Notes: generated by a model not told the origin, from the letters alone. A DNA stretch of 64,000 nt from Albugo candida (GCA_040437565.1 JBDOQK010000004.1:62001-126000), one strand, 5' to 3'; shown: positions 1-11,010, numbered from the stretch's first letter. Program-made: numbers and translations.

Positions 1-2240
1 GGCTGTAACGCGACGTCGGCAAACTCCAAATTGGCAGCTTCGTGGCGCTTGGAGCCTGCAATTTTGATATGCATATCGGAAGTCAGTGCCAAGACGTGAG
101 ACTTGAGTGTGGTGGAGTCTCCGACCAAACAGAGTTCGCATCCTTTGATCGATATAATTCCTTGGAGAAGAAGACCGCCGAGTAACATTGGAGAGTACTC
201 TTGTGGGATCTCTTCGACGTACACTGGCGTTTTTTGTAGATATTCTTCTGGAGCCATTGGTGGCTTGGATGCCTCGGTTTCCAGGTAGCGGAGTTGAGTG
301 CTTTCATCTTCTTCTGTAGCCGGTAAAAACAAGTGGACGACTGATAGCAATGGACCGAATACGATCAGTACCGAGAAATCACGCAATTGGACATCCAAAT
401 GCATCATTCCGCTGGCACGTTGCGTGTAGGAGAGTGTCATCATTTGGTCACATTCCAAATTACGATCCAGTAAGCGAGTGAATACATTTGTGCGGCTATT
501 TCGACAATCCAAAAGCCCAAATCGTTTGACTGTGATGTGACTTTCCATAGAGATTCTCTCATCCTGTAGCTGTCTCATTGACATGGCGAACGCGATGCTT
601 ACATTCTCTGAGAAGACTTGCAACACTGGTGACGGCTTTCCATCGTACAGCGCGTCCATTGACACGTGATTCAGGCACAAGACGAGTTCGATTTGATCCA
701 TTAGAGGTGTTGCTAGCGGCATATCGGGCTCATACTCGCGCAAATCGGTGCTCGTGGATGAGAATTTGAGTAGGTCTTTCTTCTTTTTGAGTTCGGGTTC
801 GATGAATTGCAGTGGCTTTCCGCCAGTGGGAACACGCCATTGTAAAGCTTCTGATCGCAAATATAACAAAGAGGACGCTAGGATACGTGATTCCAGCTCG
901 TTTATGCGATTTTTACGCTGTGTCACGTCTTCTTTGTTGGTTTGTGTTATGTACAGACGACGTAGAAAATTGGTATTTTGGTCGAAATCCCATTGTGCAA
1001 CAAACAGCGTTTTGTATTCTTCGTGTTCTTCTGGCGACACATCCACGCAAGACAGCTGATCGTCGACTTGGGCGTGTTGATTCCAGTCGTAATAGAGGCC
1101 GATAGGCCGTAATAAGGTCCACAACAGAGCCAATTGCGCCGGTCGAAGCTGTAAAGTGACATTGTCAAAAGTGATTGCGATTGAAAGTGTGCTCTTTTCG
1201 TTCAAATTGCTGCTGGAACAAGTCTTCGCGTAATGGACTGTTTTCTCGCCTTCGAATGTCGGCAGTAAAGACTCTGTCGCCACAGGAGCGACAATGCCAT
1301 TATCAGGTCGAAAAAGCATCCCTTGTAGCACAGCTGGCATCGATACAACGACTTGCAAAGAAACAGGTTTGATCAAATGAGCTTCAGCCAATTTTTCGGG
1401 TTGTGCGTTGACTTCCATTGCGAAATTGACCACACGAATTGTCCGTTGTCGCATGAAATCGATTTGGTCGGTGTCCATTTTCAACTTTTCCGTCTCCGTG
1501 CTTGTGACTTTGTCAGAATGTCTTGCAGCCGCTCCAATTTCAAACATTTGTACCCGAAAACCGAGACTTTGTGATTTTTGAAAGACGTTTGAAGAAAGCA
1601 GAATGTGATTCACACGCATTTCAAAGGCGTCAATGACGGTATCAATAAGTCGTTGCCACATTGGACGGCTGGAATTGTCGCTGGGAGCTTTGGAGGCCTG
1701 GGCTGTGAGGCCTTTCTTCTTGAGCTCTTTTCGGATCGAATTTAGCTCTTTCAACCGATTTGAAGCGATTACTGTCATGTTATAAGCACTTGCGATTCGA
1801 TTGGCTGCTGCTTGCTTCACTGAATCCTTTCTACGAGCGTCATTTTCCTCTCGAGACCAAACCCATTTTTCCGGGTCGTTCCAAAGTAATCCGACTTGAA
1901 ATGTCTCAACTTGAACGTGGATTTTCAGTAAATGGATGTTGCGTGCCCTTAAACTAGGCCATACTGGAAGCTGGATTCGGCATTTGTCCATATTAAGTGT
2001 AGAAACATCAATTGGTAGACACGTATAGGGGGAGAGCATAGCTAGAATAGAAGGCTGTATTTGGAGATGTTTGATCACGATCCAACCCTCGATGAAAGAC
2101 CAGTCAATACTGATGGCGTCCCCAACATATGGTCCCAAAAACGTGCGCAGTAGATGCGTGATGATGGGGCTTCCGAATGCGATCACAGCGCTGAAAAGAA
2201 GCAAAGCCCATGTATTCAGCCAGAATAGCGTGTAGAGCAT
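1..2240 (-). CDS. VPS13/chorein-N family (bridge-like lipid transfer) protein, 5' part; runs off the window start
   Basis: Manual translation gives an uninterrupted frame from ATG 2240 to base 1 (no stop, so it is missing from the ORF track). MLYTLFWLNTWALLLFSAVIAFG (hydrophobic) is followed by LRTFLGPYVGD...WSFIEGWIVIKHLQIQPSILAML...LPIDVSTLNMDKCRIQLPVW, which matches chorein-N. Later EEYKTLF...RINELESRILASSLLYLRSEA resembles the VPS13 N-terminal helix. A short upstream exon cannot be excluded. Confidence 0.75.
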   Translation of the reverse strand, partial: MLYTLFWLNTWALLLFSAVIAFGSPIITHLLRTFLGPYVGDAISIDWSFIEGWIVIKHLQIQPSILAMLSPYTCLPIDVSTLNMDKCRIQLPVWPSLRARNIHLLKIHVQVETFQVGLLWNDPEKWVWSREENDARRKDSVKQAAANRIASAYNMTVIASNRLKELNSIRKELKKKGLTAQASKAPSDNSSRPMWQRLIDTVIDAFEMRVNHILLSSNVFQKSQSLGFRVQMFEIGAAARHSDKVTSTETEKLKMDTDQIDFMRQRTIRVVNFAMEVNAQPEKLAEAHLIKPVSLQVVVSMPAVLQGMLFRPDNGIVAPVATESLLPTFEGEKTVHYAKTCSSSNLNEKSTLSIAITFDNVTLQLRPAQLALLWTLLRPIGLYYDWNQHAQVDDQLSCVDVSPEEHEEYKTLFVAQWDFDQNTNFLRRLYITQTNKEDVTQRKNRINELESRILASSLLYLRSEALQWRVPTGGKPLQFIEPELKKKKDLLKFSSTSTDLREYEPDMPLATPLMDQIELVLCLNHVSMDALYDGKPSPVLQVFSENVSIAFAMSMRQLQDERISMESHITVKRFGLLDCRNSRTNVFTRLLDRNLECDQMMTLSYTQRASGMMHLDVQLRDFSVLIVFGPLLSVVHLFLPATEEDESTQLRYLETEASKPPMAPEEYLQKTPVYVEEIPQEYSPMLLGGLLLQGIISIKGCELCLVGDSTTLKSHVLALTSDMHIKIAGSKRHEAANLEFADVALQ

Positions 2241-3764
2241 AATGATGCAGATGCAGTAATATTCCTTTTTGATATAGAGATCCTGCACGTGATCCTTAAC
2301 TGTCGGATGAAATCGTCGAATATATTGTGATATTTAACCGAGCCAATCGTAAAGTCGAGAACGTCTCAAATTCGTGATGATTGGTCAGTATGGTACCATA
2401 GGAAGGCGTCGCAAGGTGAATCGATGCATTGCAGCATCAGATTGACGAATCAGAAGATCGGCGACATGCACCCTATGCTTCCTTGTAACCGTTCTTCTAC
2501 AAAATCTTCTGCGATTTGCAGAGCTAAAACCGTACGGAAATTCGGATGCCTTTTTTTGTCACAAATCGCTGACGTTGAGAAATAAGGACTCGCTTTGATG
2601 TCTGATTATCTATGTATCTGATGTGAAGGTTTGTGTGACCGTGAGTAAAGTATAGTCCACGCATAAAGGACCAAATGCTGCTACGACGCAAACATTGTCC
2701 ATGTCGCTAAAGTGCTTAAGAAATTTCCAATGAGCGTCAGATAGCGATCGCAAGAGATCAGCGACGTGGCGAACTCGAATCTTGAGATTGCACTCTATTA
2801 GGTCTACTTATAGCGCGACCAATTGCAGCTATAGTCTACGCCTGCATGATCGAGTGCACCCTTTTTCGCTTTACACGTGCGCTCTGTCACGGCCGCAACA
2901 CGAGAAATAGGGCGAATATAATGGCGACGGGAATTAGACTATCGAAGCACAATGCGTCAATTCGTTGCTGACGATGAAGTCAGTCTCGAGCAGAATGTCG
3001 AGAAATGTCTGGCTCGCTTTTTTTAGAGGTTGCGATCTACCTTCTCACTCACATTTTGTGATTAGCGGCCCGTGGGCGACTGTAAATCTTAATTAGTACT
3101 TATTATACTTTTCTTTCTATTAAAATACTAGTGTCTACATGATCAAGCGACATGTCAAGCATGATTACCTCCAAGCAATAATGCAAGCGCACGAGTGGGT
3201 TGTTCTTCATCAAGGTTGACGGCAATAAAAGAGCAATTCTGCGCCAAGGTCAAGATGAATTCCTGCAGCTGTCATGCACTTTGTCTTCTCAATTACCAAA
3301 CCTGACCGGTGAATTTTTGGCATTTAGCGACAGAGAACTTAAACTCGGATACCGCAAAACATTGTTTTGTTTCGACACAGATGCCTCATCTATTAACCGA
3401 CAAGGGGAATAAGAATAAAGGAAATAAGCGAAAAAAAGAGTTATATTAATTAGAGAAGAAATCAGCTGTTCCTACTTCGTACATTGATTTTTGTTGTCTC
3501 CTAATAGGCAATTTGTTTGATCTGACGTTGCAATTGTTCAATTATTTTGCGCAAGTTATCCACTTTGTATTGCAATTCATCATTTTCGAGTCTTAGTGCT
3601 TTGTTGAGTTTCTTGTAAAAGTTTGGTGAAGAGTCACCATCAATCGGTATCGGGACGCTTCGTAGCCATGCCATTGTTAGTTGAGACTTGTTTCAACTGT
3701 TTTCGGCATTTACCGAGTAGCCGTACTGCGTATTGATGTTCAGTCTGAACTTTTCTAGGCTAAT

Positions 3765-4900
3765 TGTTCGATCTTCCAGTTCGGATTCAGTGGATTCGAG
3801 TTGTACGGTAAGCTTTTCAACTGCGATTGTTTTGGGAAGTTGCCATAGCTTCCTGTTGCTGGATTTTGCATAGTTCGATCTTAATATAAGAATTCAACGA
3901 CAGGAAACGAGGCAACTGCGCAAAGGAATTATATTAAAAAGCTTACCGTGCAACTCGAAACCACAGAATCCGAACTGGAAGATTCGAACTATGCGATTTG
4001 TTTTGGCAGTTGCCGTAGCTTCCTGTTGCTGAATTCGCATAGTTCGATTTTCCAGCTCGGATTCAGTGGTTTCTAAAGAAAAAGGTCGCTTGAGCACTTA
4101 ATGGTAAAAAACAAAAATTGATTCACTAAGGTCCTTAGTTCTGTTGTAAGATCATGTGCATCGAGTGCCAGTAACCACCGCCGTGGAGAGACAGTGACTC
4201 TTACGACTGTGAAGATTTGCCCGAAGGAACCAGATCGAATGCGAGGAGCCGCGAGAGTAAAAGTTCTTTACTGTGAAGCTTCGCAATGTGCGTAATAAGG
4301 AACTCCTTCTAACTACATTCAATACATTTATTCCCCATTCTACTCTGTTGTTAACATCGTGCAGACCTTACAGTTTGCCAACAAGTTCGCCAACTCTGTT
4401 GCTACTCTAAGCCTTCAGCTACTTGATTCTCTACTTAATCTTGAGTTACCTTGTCCAATCAGCGACTGCCACGTCGATGCCCAATTTGAAACCGCTCTTG
4501 AAGCTGGCAACTTCGAGCAGTCATGAAGTGATGACTGCTTTAACCGGTACCTACCGGTATGTGTCAGCTGACCGAGGCGCTGCTTCTTCAACAGTTTCGA
4601 GTTGCACGGTAAGCTTTTCAATACAATTCCTTTGCGCAGTTGCCTCGTTTCCTGTCGTTGAATTCGCAAATGAAGATCAAACTATGCGAATCCAGCGACG
4701 GGAAGCTATGGCTACTGCATAAAACAATCGCAATTGAAAAGCTTACCGTACAACTCGAAACCACTGAATCCGAACTAGAAGATCGAACTATGCGAATTGA
4801 GCAACAGCAAGGTATGACACCTGCCCAAAACAAATCGCATAGTTCGATCTTCCAGTTACGATTAAGTCGATTTGAGCTGCAAGGCAAGCTTTTCGATATA
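3765..4900. repeat. ~105-bp coding minisatellite units in alternating orientation
   Basis: The unit GAACTGGAAGATCGAACTATGCGAAT...GAAAAGCTTACCGTACAACTCGAAACCACTGAATCC occurs on both strands. 3770-3960 is close to the reverse complement of 4594-4790. Confidence 0.85.
4074..4593 (-). mobile_element. Solo LTR-like insertion (Copia-type 5' end)
   Basis: 5-bp direct repeat GTTTC at 4069-4073 and 4594-4598; removing the insert restores a repeat unit (CAGTGGTTTCGAGTTG). The minus strand starts TGTTGAAG, contains AATAAA and ends ...CTTTA. Confidence 0.7.
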
Positions 4901-5869
4901 ATTTTTCTGAGCGGCTGCCTCAGCCACTTGCCGTTCAAGTTGCGTTGATTGCATTTCATTCATTTTTGCAAGCTCAACGAGCGCCTCGTTCTGACGAGTA
5001 AAGGCTGACTCAGTTTGAGCCTTCGAAGCCCTGAGATGACCAATCTCTCTTCTGAGCGACTCGTTTTCTTTACGGAGTCTCTGGAGCTCAATTTTTGTGG
5101 TCGCTGGAGTTGCCGCCCGGGTGCGCTGATGTGGCTGCTCCTGAATTGGAACATAGCCACCACCAACGCGGCGCATGTTANNNNNNNNNNNNNNNNNNNN
5201 NNNNNNNNNNNNNNNNNNNNNNNNNNNNNNNNNNNNNNNNNNNNNNNNNNNNNNNNNNNNNNNNNNNNNNNNNNNNNNNNGGCTGACTCAGTTTGAGCCT
5301 TCGAAGCCCTGAGATGACCAATCTCTCTTCTGAGCGACTCGTTTTCTTTACGGAGTCTCTGGAGCTCAATTTTTGTGGTCGCTGGAGTTGCCGCCCGGGT
5401 GCGCTGATGTGGCTGCTCCTGAATTGGAACATAGCCACCACCAACGCGGCGCATGTTAAAAGGTGTTAGTCGTGTAGGTTGTCGGATACTCATGTTGTAG
5501 CTGATTTGAAAGTGATATTGGAAGCAGTCAGATGATAAGCATAGAAGACGAAAGAATACGAGAGAAGAAAAAGAACAGCATCATATTGAGCTTTTTATCA
5601 AAGAATTCGGCTTCTCCATTTCCTATAGTAGTTCCTAGTATCGTGATGATACCGCCGAAGGCCCTTGGATTGAGAATTCAGCGGATATATATTAGATGGG
5701 AATTGATTAATTCAAATTTTAGTTGATGGTAAATGACCAGAAATGGAAGTACAATGAAGGAATCGTTTATGGAAGGGAAGGTAAGAAGTTATGTTGTATG
5801 TTGCTGCAATTGGCGACACAGTATTGTACTTGTAACTTATTTCATTTATGTTATGTGTAATGCTTAAAT

Positions 5870-7000
5870 ACTTGATCAACTTGATCATCGACTATTCTCT
5901 CACTACGTTCCAATGCAGACATTCGATTCACGTACTCGTCTTTTCTAGTCGCTACTACACGTATCGGTTGTATACTGCTGTCCATGATCCGGAGGATGGG
6001 TCTTCACGCACCCTCATCGCCGATAGTATTTAATATATCGCAGCGCGTCGTGGGGGTCGAGTAATTGTGCTCCACGAATTGAAGTGTCCTCTGCTAAAAC
6101 TTTGACATCCACTTGAGCTTCGACTTGTGGATACACACACACCAATGCTCGCGCTTGAATTGAAAAAATCGGTTGGCCGATATCTTTTGCACGACCGGAG
6201 CTTTTCACATTTGATGCGACGTGTGCTTAGCGTCTGCGTGTACATTGCAGAAAAGTAGGATGACAGCAGCGAGCTTGCGCAAGTGCGTATGCGGAACAAT
6301 CGCGGTAGACGTAAACGTCTTTTTCCTCGAATGCTTGGACCAGCCTTCCGTTTCACTTTGTGACGAGCATTTCACGTCAAGTGATATGACTTCTAGGGCT
6401 GCTAGCTCAGATGAGAACCAAAACCGACGAGCGTTTGCTAGGCGCCTCAAAAATTGATGTCTCTGAATCATAAGCATTCGACTCAGCTCCAAACTATTGC
6501 CTCAATCCGTTCCCTCCAAGGCCCCTTGCGACGTAAGTTCTTCGATGACTAGCAGACATTCATTCGTTGGAAGCACGTATTTCGCGCGCATGTACATATC
6601 CCTCAAATTCGTATCGAGAGTATGCCAAAGGGCGTTGGAGTGTCGACGGCATCAAAGAGATGAGGGGAGTATCTGCGAGCTCTTCCCAGTTTGTGGCACA
6701 AAAACGGTTTTTCGAGATCGCCTGTGCTCGAATCGATGTGCTTGGATTTTTGGCGTTGGAAGAGTGCGAATTCAAGTCAAGAAGAAAAGAATTTACAAAA
6801 GTAGTCCTGTCTACGTGATTAGTGAAGTCAGCTATGTGTTCACTCGTTTCCGTTATAGTGGAGTTTACGTATTTGCGATTATTAAATAGTTGTATGAAAT
6901 GGAAAAGATACATGAATTATGTTGTGGTACACGAACTACAGATATTCTCTGCGTATGACCAAATACAGCCAATGGCTAAAGAAAGGGTTGGCGACGGATC
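5870..7000 (-). pseudogene. Degenerate gene relic 'partner A', copy 1
   Basis: Clearly homologous to 46690-48590. Broken minus-strand frames (ETSEHIADFTNHVDR..FVNS; IR.CASSLLS..F.AMYTQTL) show several synonymous differences between copies. Strand is tentative. Confidence 0.45.
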
Positions 7001-7452
7001 TTCCGTCCTACATTTGCTTCACCTCATGAATCGCTGGATTTTAAGCGTTTCCGTTGTCACTTTGTATCTCACCGACACAATGCGTAAACATTTACTGCTG
7101 ATTACTGTTGGTAAACACTAATTCAGCTAAATTTGATAATGAATAGCGACAATTTAACAGCTGCAGCACTTGATTCATTATCTTAATATGTGATATTCTA
7201 TGTATAGGTTCATCTCAATCAGTCAGACTAAAACACGTGAGATATCCCTTTCCCTATGAGCGGTTCCAACTTGATTCACATCAAATCTGCGAGGCACCCA
7301 CAATGCATCGACCAAAATCCAGCTCAACTTTACCCAAAGTAGGGTACAAACGTTCTTCTAATTTCGTGCGCCAAACGAGTCGTTAAACTTTGTGATCAGT
7401 TCGTAATCATCCACACTGGATACCCATAGCATTCTCGCATTTTATAAGCAGC

Positions 7453-8706
7453 ATGGAGCTCCAAACGGGTCACTTTGCTGTGACGGAAAGAAGGAGTTTA
7501 TCCGGCGCGCGATGTCAGCCGCGACCAAGATTTCTAGCCAATCATCGATCACGACAGCATCGACAGCATCGGCGGTTACCGAGAATGCATCATGATAATT
7601 TGGTAGAGGGCAGCGCGATAACGTCGAAACTTATCCACGGAACAAAGCCTTTGCAAGATGCACCGACGCGGAAGGCATCCAAGTCTGTGTATGATGCAAT
7701 ACACGAGCAAAATTGTGTGACAAATCACGTCTGCTCGTCAAACAGTACGAGTAATAATCATGAGGGATCAAGTCCATACCAGCCAAGTGCGACGATCCGC
7801 GATTACGCAGCGGTCGCCACTCAAAATAGCAAATTTCGGAAATATATGGAGGACGAATGTGTAGTTATTCCAAACTTTTCAATAGATGAAAACGATACGG
7901 CGCTTAACTCTTTTTTTGCCGTATTCGATGGACATGGAGGGAATTTCTGCTCACGGTATGCAGCTTCTCACATGCACAACACATTTTCGGCCATTTTGAG
8001 CGAGGTATTCCAACGTAAATGGAAGCAAGAAAATGGAAAGATGGATGCTGCACGAACGAGTGATGCGACTTCGTCTAGTAGTTTGGACATGGAAGCAGAT
8101 TTGCTCACACCTTGTGATATTCGAGATTCCTTTGCGCGAGCATATGCTAGTATTGATGCAAAATTAGTGCAAGATGAAGAAGCGGCAACCTGCGGCAGTA
8201 CTGCAGTCACGTGTATGGTTCGGAAGTATCAAGGTGAAACGTGGTATCACGTCGCCAATGTCGGTGACTCACGAGCGATCTTGTACAGTAATGGAGTAAC
8301 ACGCCGTCTTTCAGTTGATCATAAAGCGACATTCGAAGAGGAAGCAGCGCGCATACGCGCAGCAAACGGAATTATATTCAATAAACGCGTTGGAGGCGTC
8401 GTATCAGTATCACGAGCATTGGGACAAGCTGATGAAAAGGCATTTATTATTAGTACGCCGCATTCTGTCTCGGGCATTGTAGAGACAACCGACTCGTTTA
8501 TGGTGCTCTCCAGCGACGGCGTTTCTGACGTATTTACGGACGAAGAAGTGTCCGAATTTGTGCACAATCGATTAGAAAAGGGTGCTCGATCTGTTTCAAT
8601 CTGCAAGTCACTTTTAGAAGCTTCTAAATCGCGTGGCGCAGTGGATAATATGACAGTCGTCATTATTTGTCTCGCCGATCCAAAAGCTGATGGAAAGCTC
8701 AAGTAA
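7453..8706 (+). CDS. Protein phosphatase 2C
   Basis: 417-aa ORF with MED, FFAVFDGHGG, GSTA, ANVGDSRA, VSRALG, SDGV and DNMT motifs. Confidence 0.95.
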   Translation: MELQTGHFAVTERRSLSGARCQPRPRFLANHRSRQHRQHRRLPRMHHDNLVEGSAITSKLIHGTKPLQDAPTRKASKSVYDAIHEQNCVTNHVCSSNSTSNNHEGSSPYQPSATIRDYAAVATQNSKFRKYMEDECVVIPNFSIDENDTALNSFFAVFDGHGGNFCSRYAASHMHNTFSAILSEVFQRKWKQENGKMDAARTSDATSSSSLDMEADLLTPCDIRDSFARAYASIDAKLVQDEEAATCGSTAVTCMVRKYQGETWYHVANVGDSRAILYSNGVTRRLSVDHKATFEEEAARIRAANGIIFNKRVGGVVSVSRALGQADEKAFIISTPHSVSGIVETTDSFMVLSSDGVSDVFTDEEVSEFVHNRLEKGARSVSICKSLLEASKSRGAVDNMTVVIICLADPKADGKLK

Positions 8707-8805
8707 AATATGCGTTGTCGATTGGCCATAAATAAATATACTTTGACGATATCAATACTTATCACCTCTCGAATAGAAGCCCTTAGGGATCTACTGCGTC
8801 CAAGA

Positions 8806-9812
8806 ATGTTTCAGACACAGTACGTGATGCAAGATTTCCGGGCGCTACAGCGCGCCAGAGACGGCGTTATAAGATGTGGCGTTTGGAATAATTTTTCCTC
8901 TCATCATTAATAACTGACCTGTACATTTATTGCTAGAACGGAATACGATCGCGGCGTCAACACGTTTTCTCCTGAAGGGCGGATCTATCAAGTGGAATAT
9001 GCTATCGAGGCGATCAAGGTGAGCAATCAGTCCATAAGATGATGTTTTTTCAATTGGTCGTGTAGATGGGAACGACAGCAATCGGTATCCGAACAAAAGA
9101 AGGGATTGTTTTGGCGGTGGAGAAACGATTGACTTCTCCTTTGCTCGAGCCTGAGAGTATTGAAAAGGTCATGGAGATTGATCGTCATGTGGGTGCAGCC
9201 ATGAGCGGTATCACATCTGACGCACAGATTCTGATCGATCATGCGCGCGTGGAGGCGACAAATCATTGGTTTTCATACAATGATAAGATCCGCGTGCAGG
9301 CGCTAACACAGTCGATTTGTGACTTGGCAATGAGTTTTGGTGAAGGTCAAGATGAGAACAAGCACAAGCAAAAAATGGTAGGATACATCAGATAGTATAG
9401 CGGTCAAGCTGATATGCTGCATAATGCTAGAGTCGGCCATTTGGAGTCGCGCTTTTGGTGGCAGGAGTTGATGAAGAAGGACCACACTTGTTTTATTCGG
9501 AGCCTTCTGGTCTGTATTTCCCAGTACAAGCCCACGCGATTGGTTCAGGCGCGGAAGGTGCATCGACCAACTTGAAGGAAGGGTTCTCAGAGGACATGTC
9601 ACTCAAGGACGCAGAGAATTTGGCAATCAGCGCGTTGAAGCAGGTACGTTTCAACCTGTTTATAGTTGGTAAAAAGCTCAATGTCGTGTGGTTTGTAGCA
9701 TATGGAAGAAAAGCTGAGTAATATCAATGTAGAGGTCGCTGTCGTCACGCCAGAGAAGGGTTTCCATGTTTGTACGAGGGAGGAATTGGACGTGATTATA
9801 AATCGAATTTGA
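8806..9812 (+). CDS. PSMA5: 20S proteasome subunit alpha type-5 (spliced)
   Basis: Exons give [32 protein letters not shown] / [29 protein letters not shown] / [14 protein letters not shown]...AIGSGAEGA, with GT-AG introns. Confidence 0.95.
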
Positions 9813-10016
9813 ACATGTCCTTCACAAGTAGCTCGAGTCGCTTTTGAATAGGATAATTGATACAATCAAGCTTGTACCTTGCAATTCAAGCGTCAAGTAG
9901 TGGACACAAAGACCTCGTGCTTTAACGGTATAGTACCTTGCCCAAGCTATTTACAAGTGTCAACTTGACTGACAGCAGAGAAGAACGAGATGCTCGCTGT
10001 ACAATCATAAATGCAT

Positions 10017-10925
10017 CTATTTGGGGTAGATTGGATCTTGTGTGAGCAATGGCTGATTCGAGTCACAAGTTGCATTGGTGAAACGATGCAATTTGGAAAT
10101 GATCATATCCAACGCGACTGAGTTTACACCATGAGGGATGATAATATCAGCGAATCGTTTGGACGTCTCTACATACGTCATATGCATGGGCCGAACATTG
10201 TTCATATATTGTGCCATCACAGCTTCGGCAGTTCGATTCCGTTCGATCATATCACGTCGTAAGCGGCGCAATAAGCGAATATCTGCGGCTGTCTCAACAA
10301 AGACTTTGATATCCATCAAGGAAAGCAGTTCTGGTTGAGCAAAAATCAAGATCCCTTCCAGTAGAATTATATTTCGAGGCTCGAGAACGATACTTTGTTT
10401 CGTTCGACAATGTGTTGTGAAATCGTACACTGGGATTGCGATTCTTTGTCCTTGCTTTAGTGATTTGAGATGACTCACAAGCAATGACGTCTCCAATGCA
10501 TCAGGGTGATCAAAATTATGATTTGCTCGTTCTTCAATTGTGAGATGACTCAGGTCTTTGTAGTAAAAGTCATGTGACAAATACGTCACATTTTCCAGCC
10601 CATAATCCCGAATTATCGCTTTGGATAACGTTGTTTTCCCCGAGCCTGAGCCTCCACACACACCGACGACCAATATCGATCCATTTGACTGCAATTTGGG
10701 GCAAAAATGCTCTGGTGCCGAGTTCGTATAGATGTTATCTTGCATGAGTGGATACTCGACAAAAGGATCCACAAGCTTGAGGTCTTTTGGCTTACAGAGT
10801 GTCGGTTTCAGTGTTTGCGCGTAGCTGTTCTCAGGTTGCTGTTTGAGGCAGCGTTTTCGAGATCGTAGCCAATACACAGCAACTAGAAAGGCGCCGAAGA
10901 GAATCAGATTCTCCTTGTGCGTCAT
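10017..10925 (-). CDS. Uridine kinase with N-terminal hydrophobic segment
   Basis: VGVCGGSGSGKTT, DFYYKD, NFDHPDA, ILLEGIL, RRLRRD..ER. Start is either 10925 or 10973. Confidence 0.93.
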   Translation of the reverse strand: MTHKENLILFGAFLVAVYWLRSRKRCLKQQPENSYAQTLKPTLCKPKDLKLVDPFVEYPLMQDNIYTNSAPEHFCPKLQSNGSILVVGVCGGSGSGKTTLSKAIIRDYGLENVTYLSHDFYYKDLSHLTIEERANHNFDHPDALETSLLVSHLKSLKQGQRIAIPVYDFTTHCRTKQSIVLEPRNIILLEGILIFAQPELLSLMDIKVFVETAADIRLLRRLRRDMIERNRTAEAVMAQYMNNVRPMHMTYVETSKRFADIIIPHGVNSVALDMIISKLHRFTNATCDSNQPLLTQDPIYPK

Positions 10926-11010
10926 CGGTGCCAATGGCGCGCAAAAAACGAAGATTTCTATTCGGTTAATCATCTCGTTAACCGCAATATAACAGTTACG
11001 TTTGTTGTGT

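Larger units (their letters stand above)
3462..5493 (-). pseudogene. Coiled-coil repeat gene family, copy 1 (disrupted)
   Basis: N-terminus MSIRQPTRLTPFNMRRVGGGY...IELQRLRKENESLRREI, 35-aa repeats (ELEDRTMRIQQQE...IEKLTVQLETTES) and C-terminus PNFYKKLNKALRLENDELQYKVD...SRNS*. Interrupted by stops, two inverted segments and a 520-bp insertion. Confidence 0.75.

Noticed and set aside
83-1957. Numerous short ORFs in the first 2 kb, and antisense ORFs over PP2C, NPL4, the phosphagen kinase and PIG-T
   Set aside because: Shadow frames of long genuine CDSs.
2340-3200. Possible ncRNA or DNA-transposon remnant (short inverted TGCACTC/GAGTGCA at about 2790-2860)
   Set aside because: No tRNA or rRNA signature, terminal repeats or second copy in the window.
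3765-4900. CRISPR-like or regularly spaced repeat array
   Set aside because: Units are 105-bp coding repeats with no unique spacers, in a eukaryotic genome with no cas genes.
5003-5460. Apparent tandem duplications either side of 100-N gaps (also at about 15.2, 17.6, 25.1, 26.0, 27.6, 28.7, 34.7, 39.2, 42.3, 44.3 and 47.5 kb)
   Set aside because: Copies are identical or nearly so and always abut a fixed-length gap, so they are unmerged contig overlaps rather than real repeats or duplicated exons.
5870-7000. CCG/CHxC or RxLR effector identity for partner A
   Set aside because: No signal peptide followed by a clear CxxCxxxxxG or RxLR motif in any frame I read.
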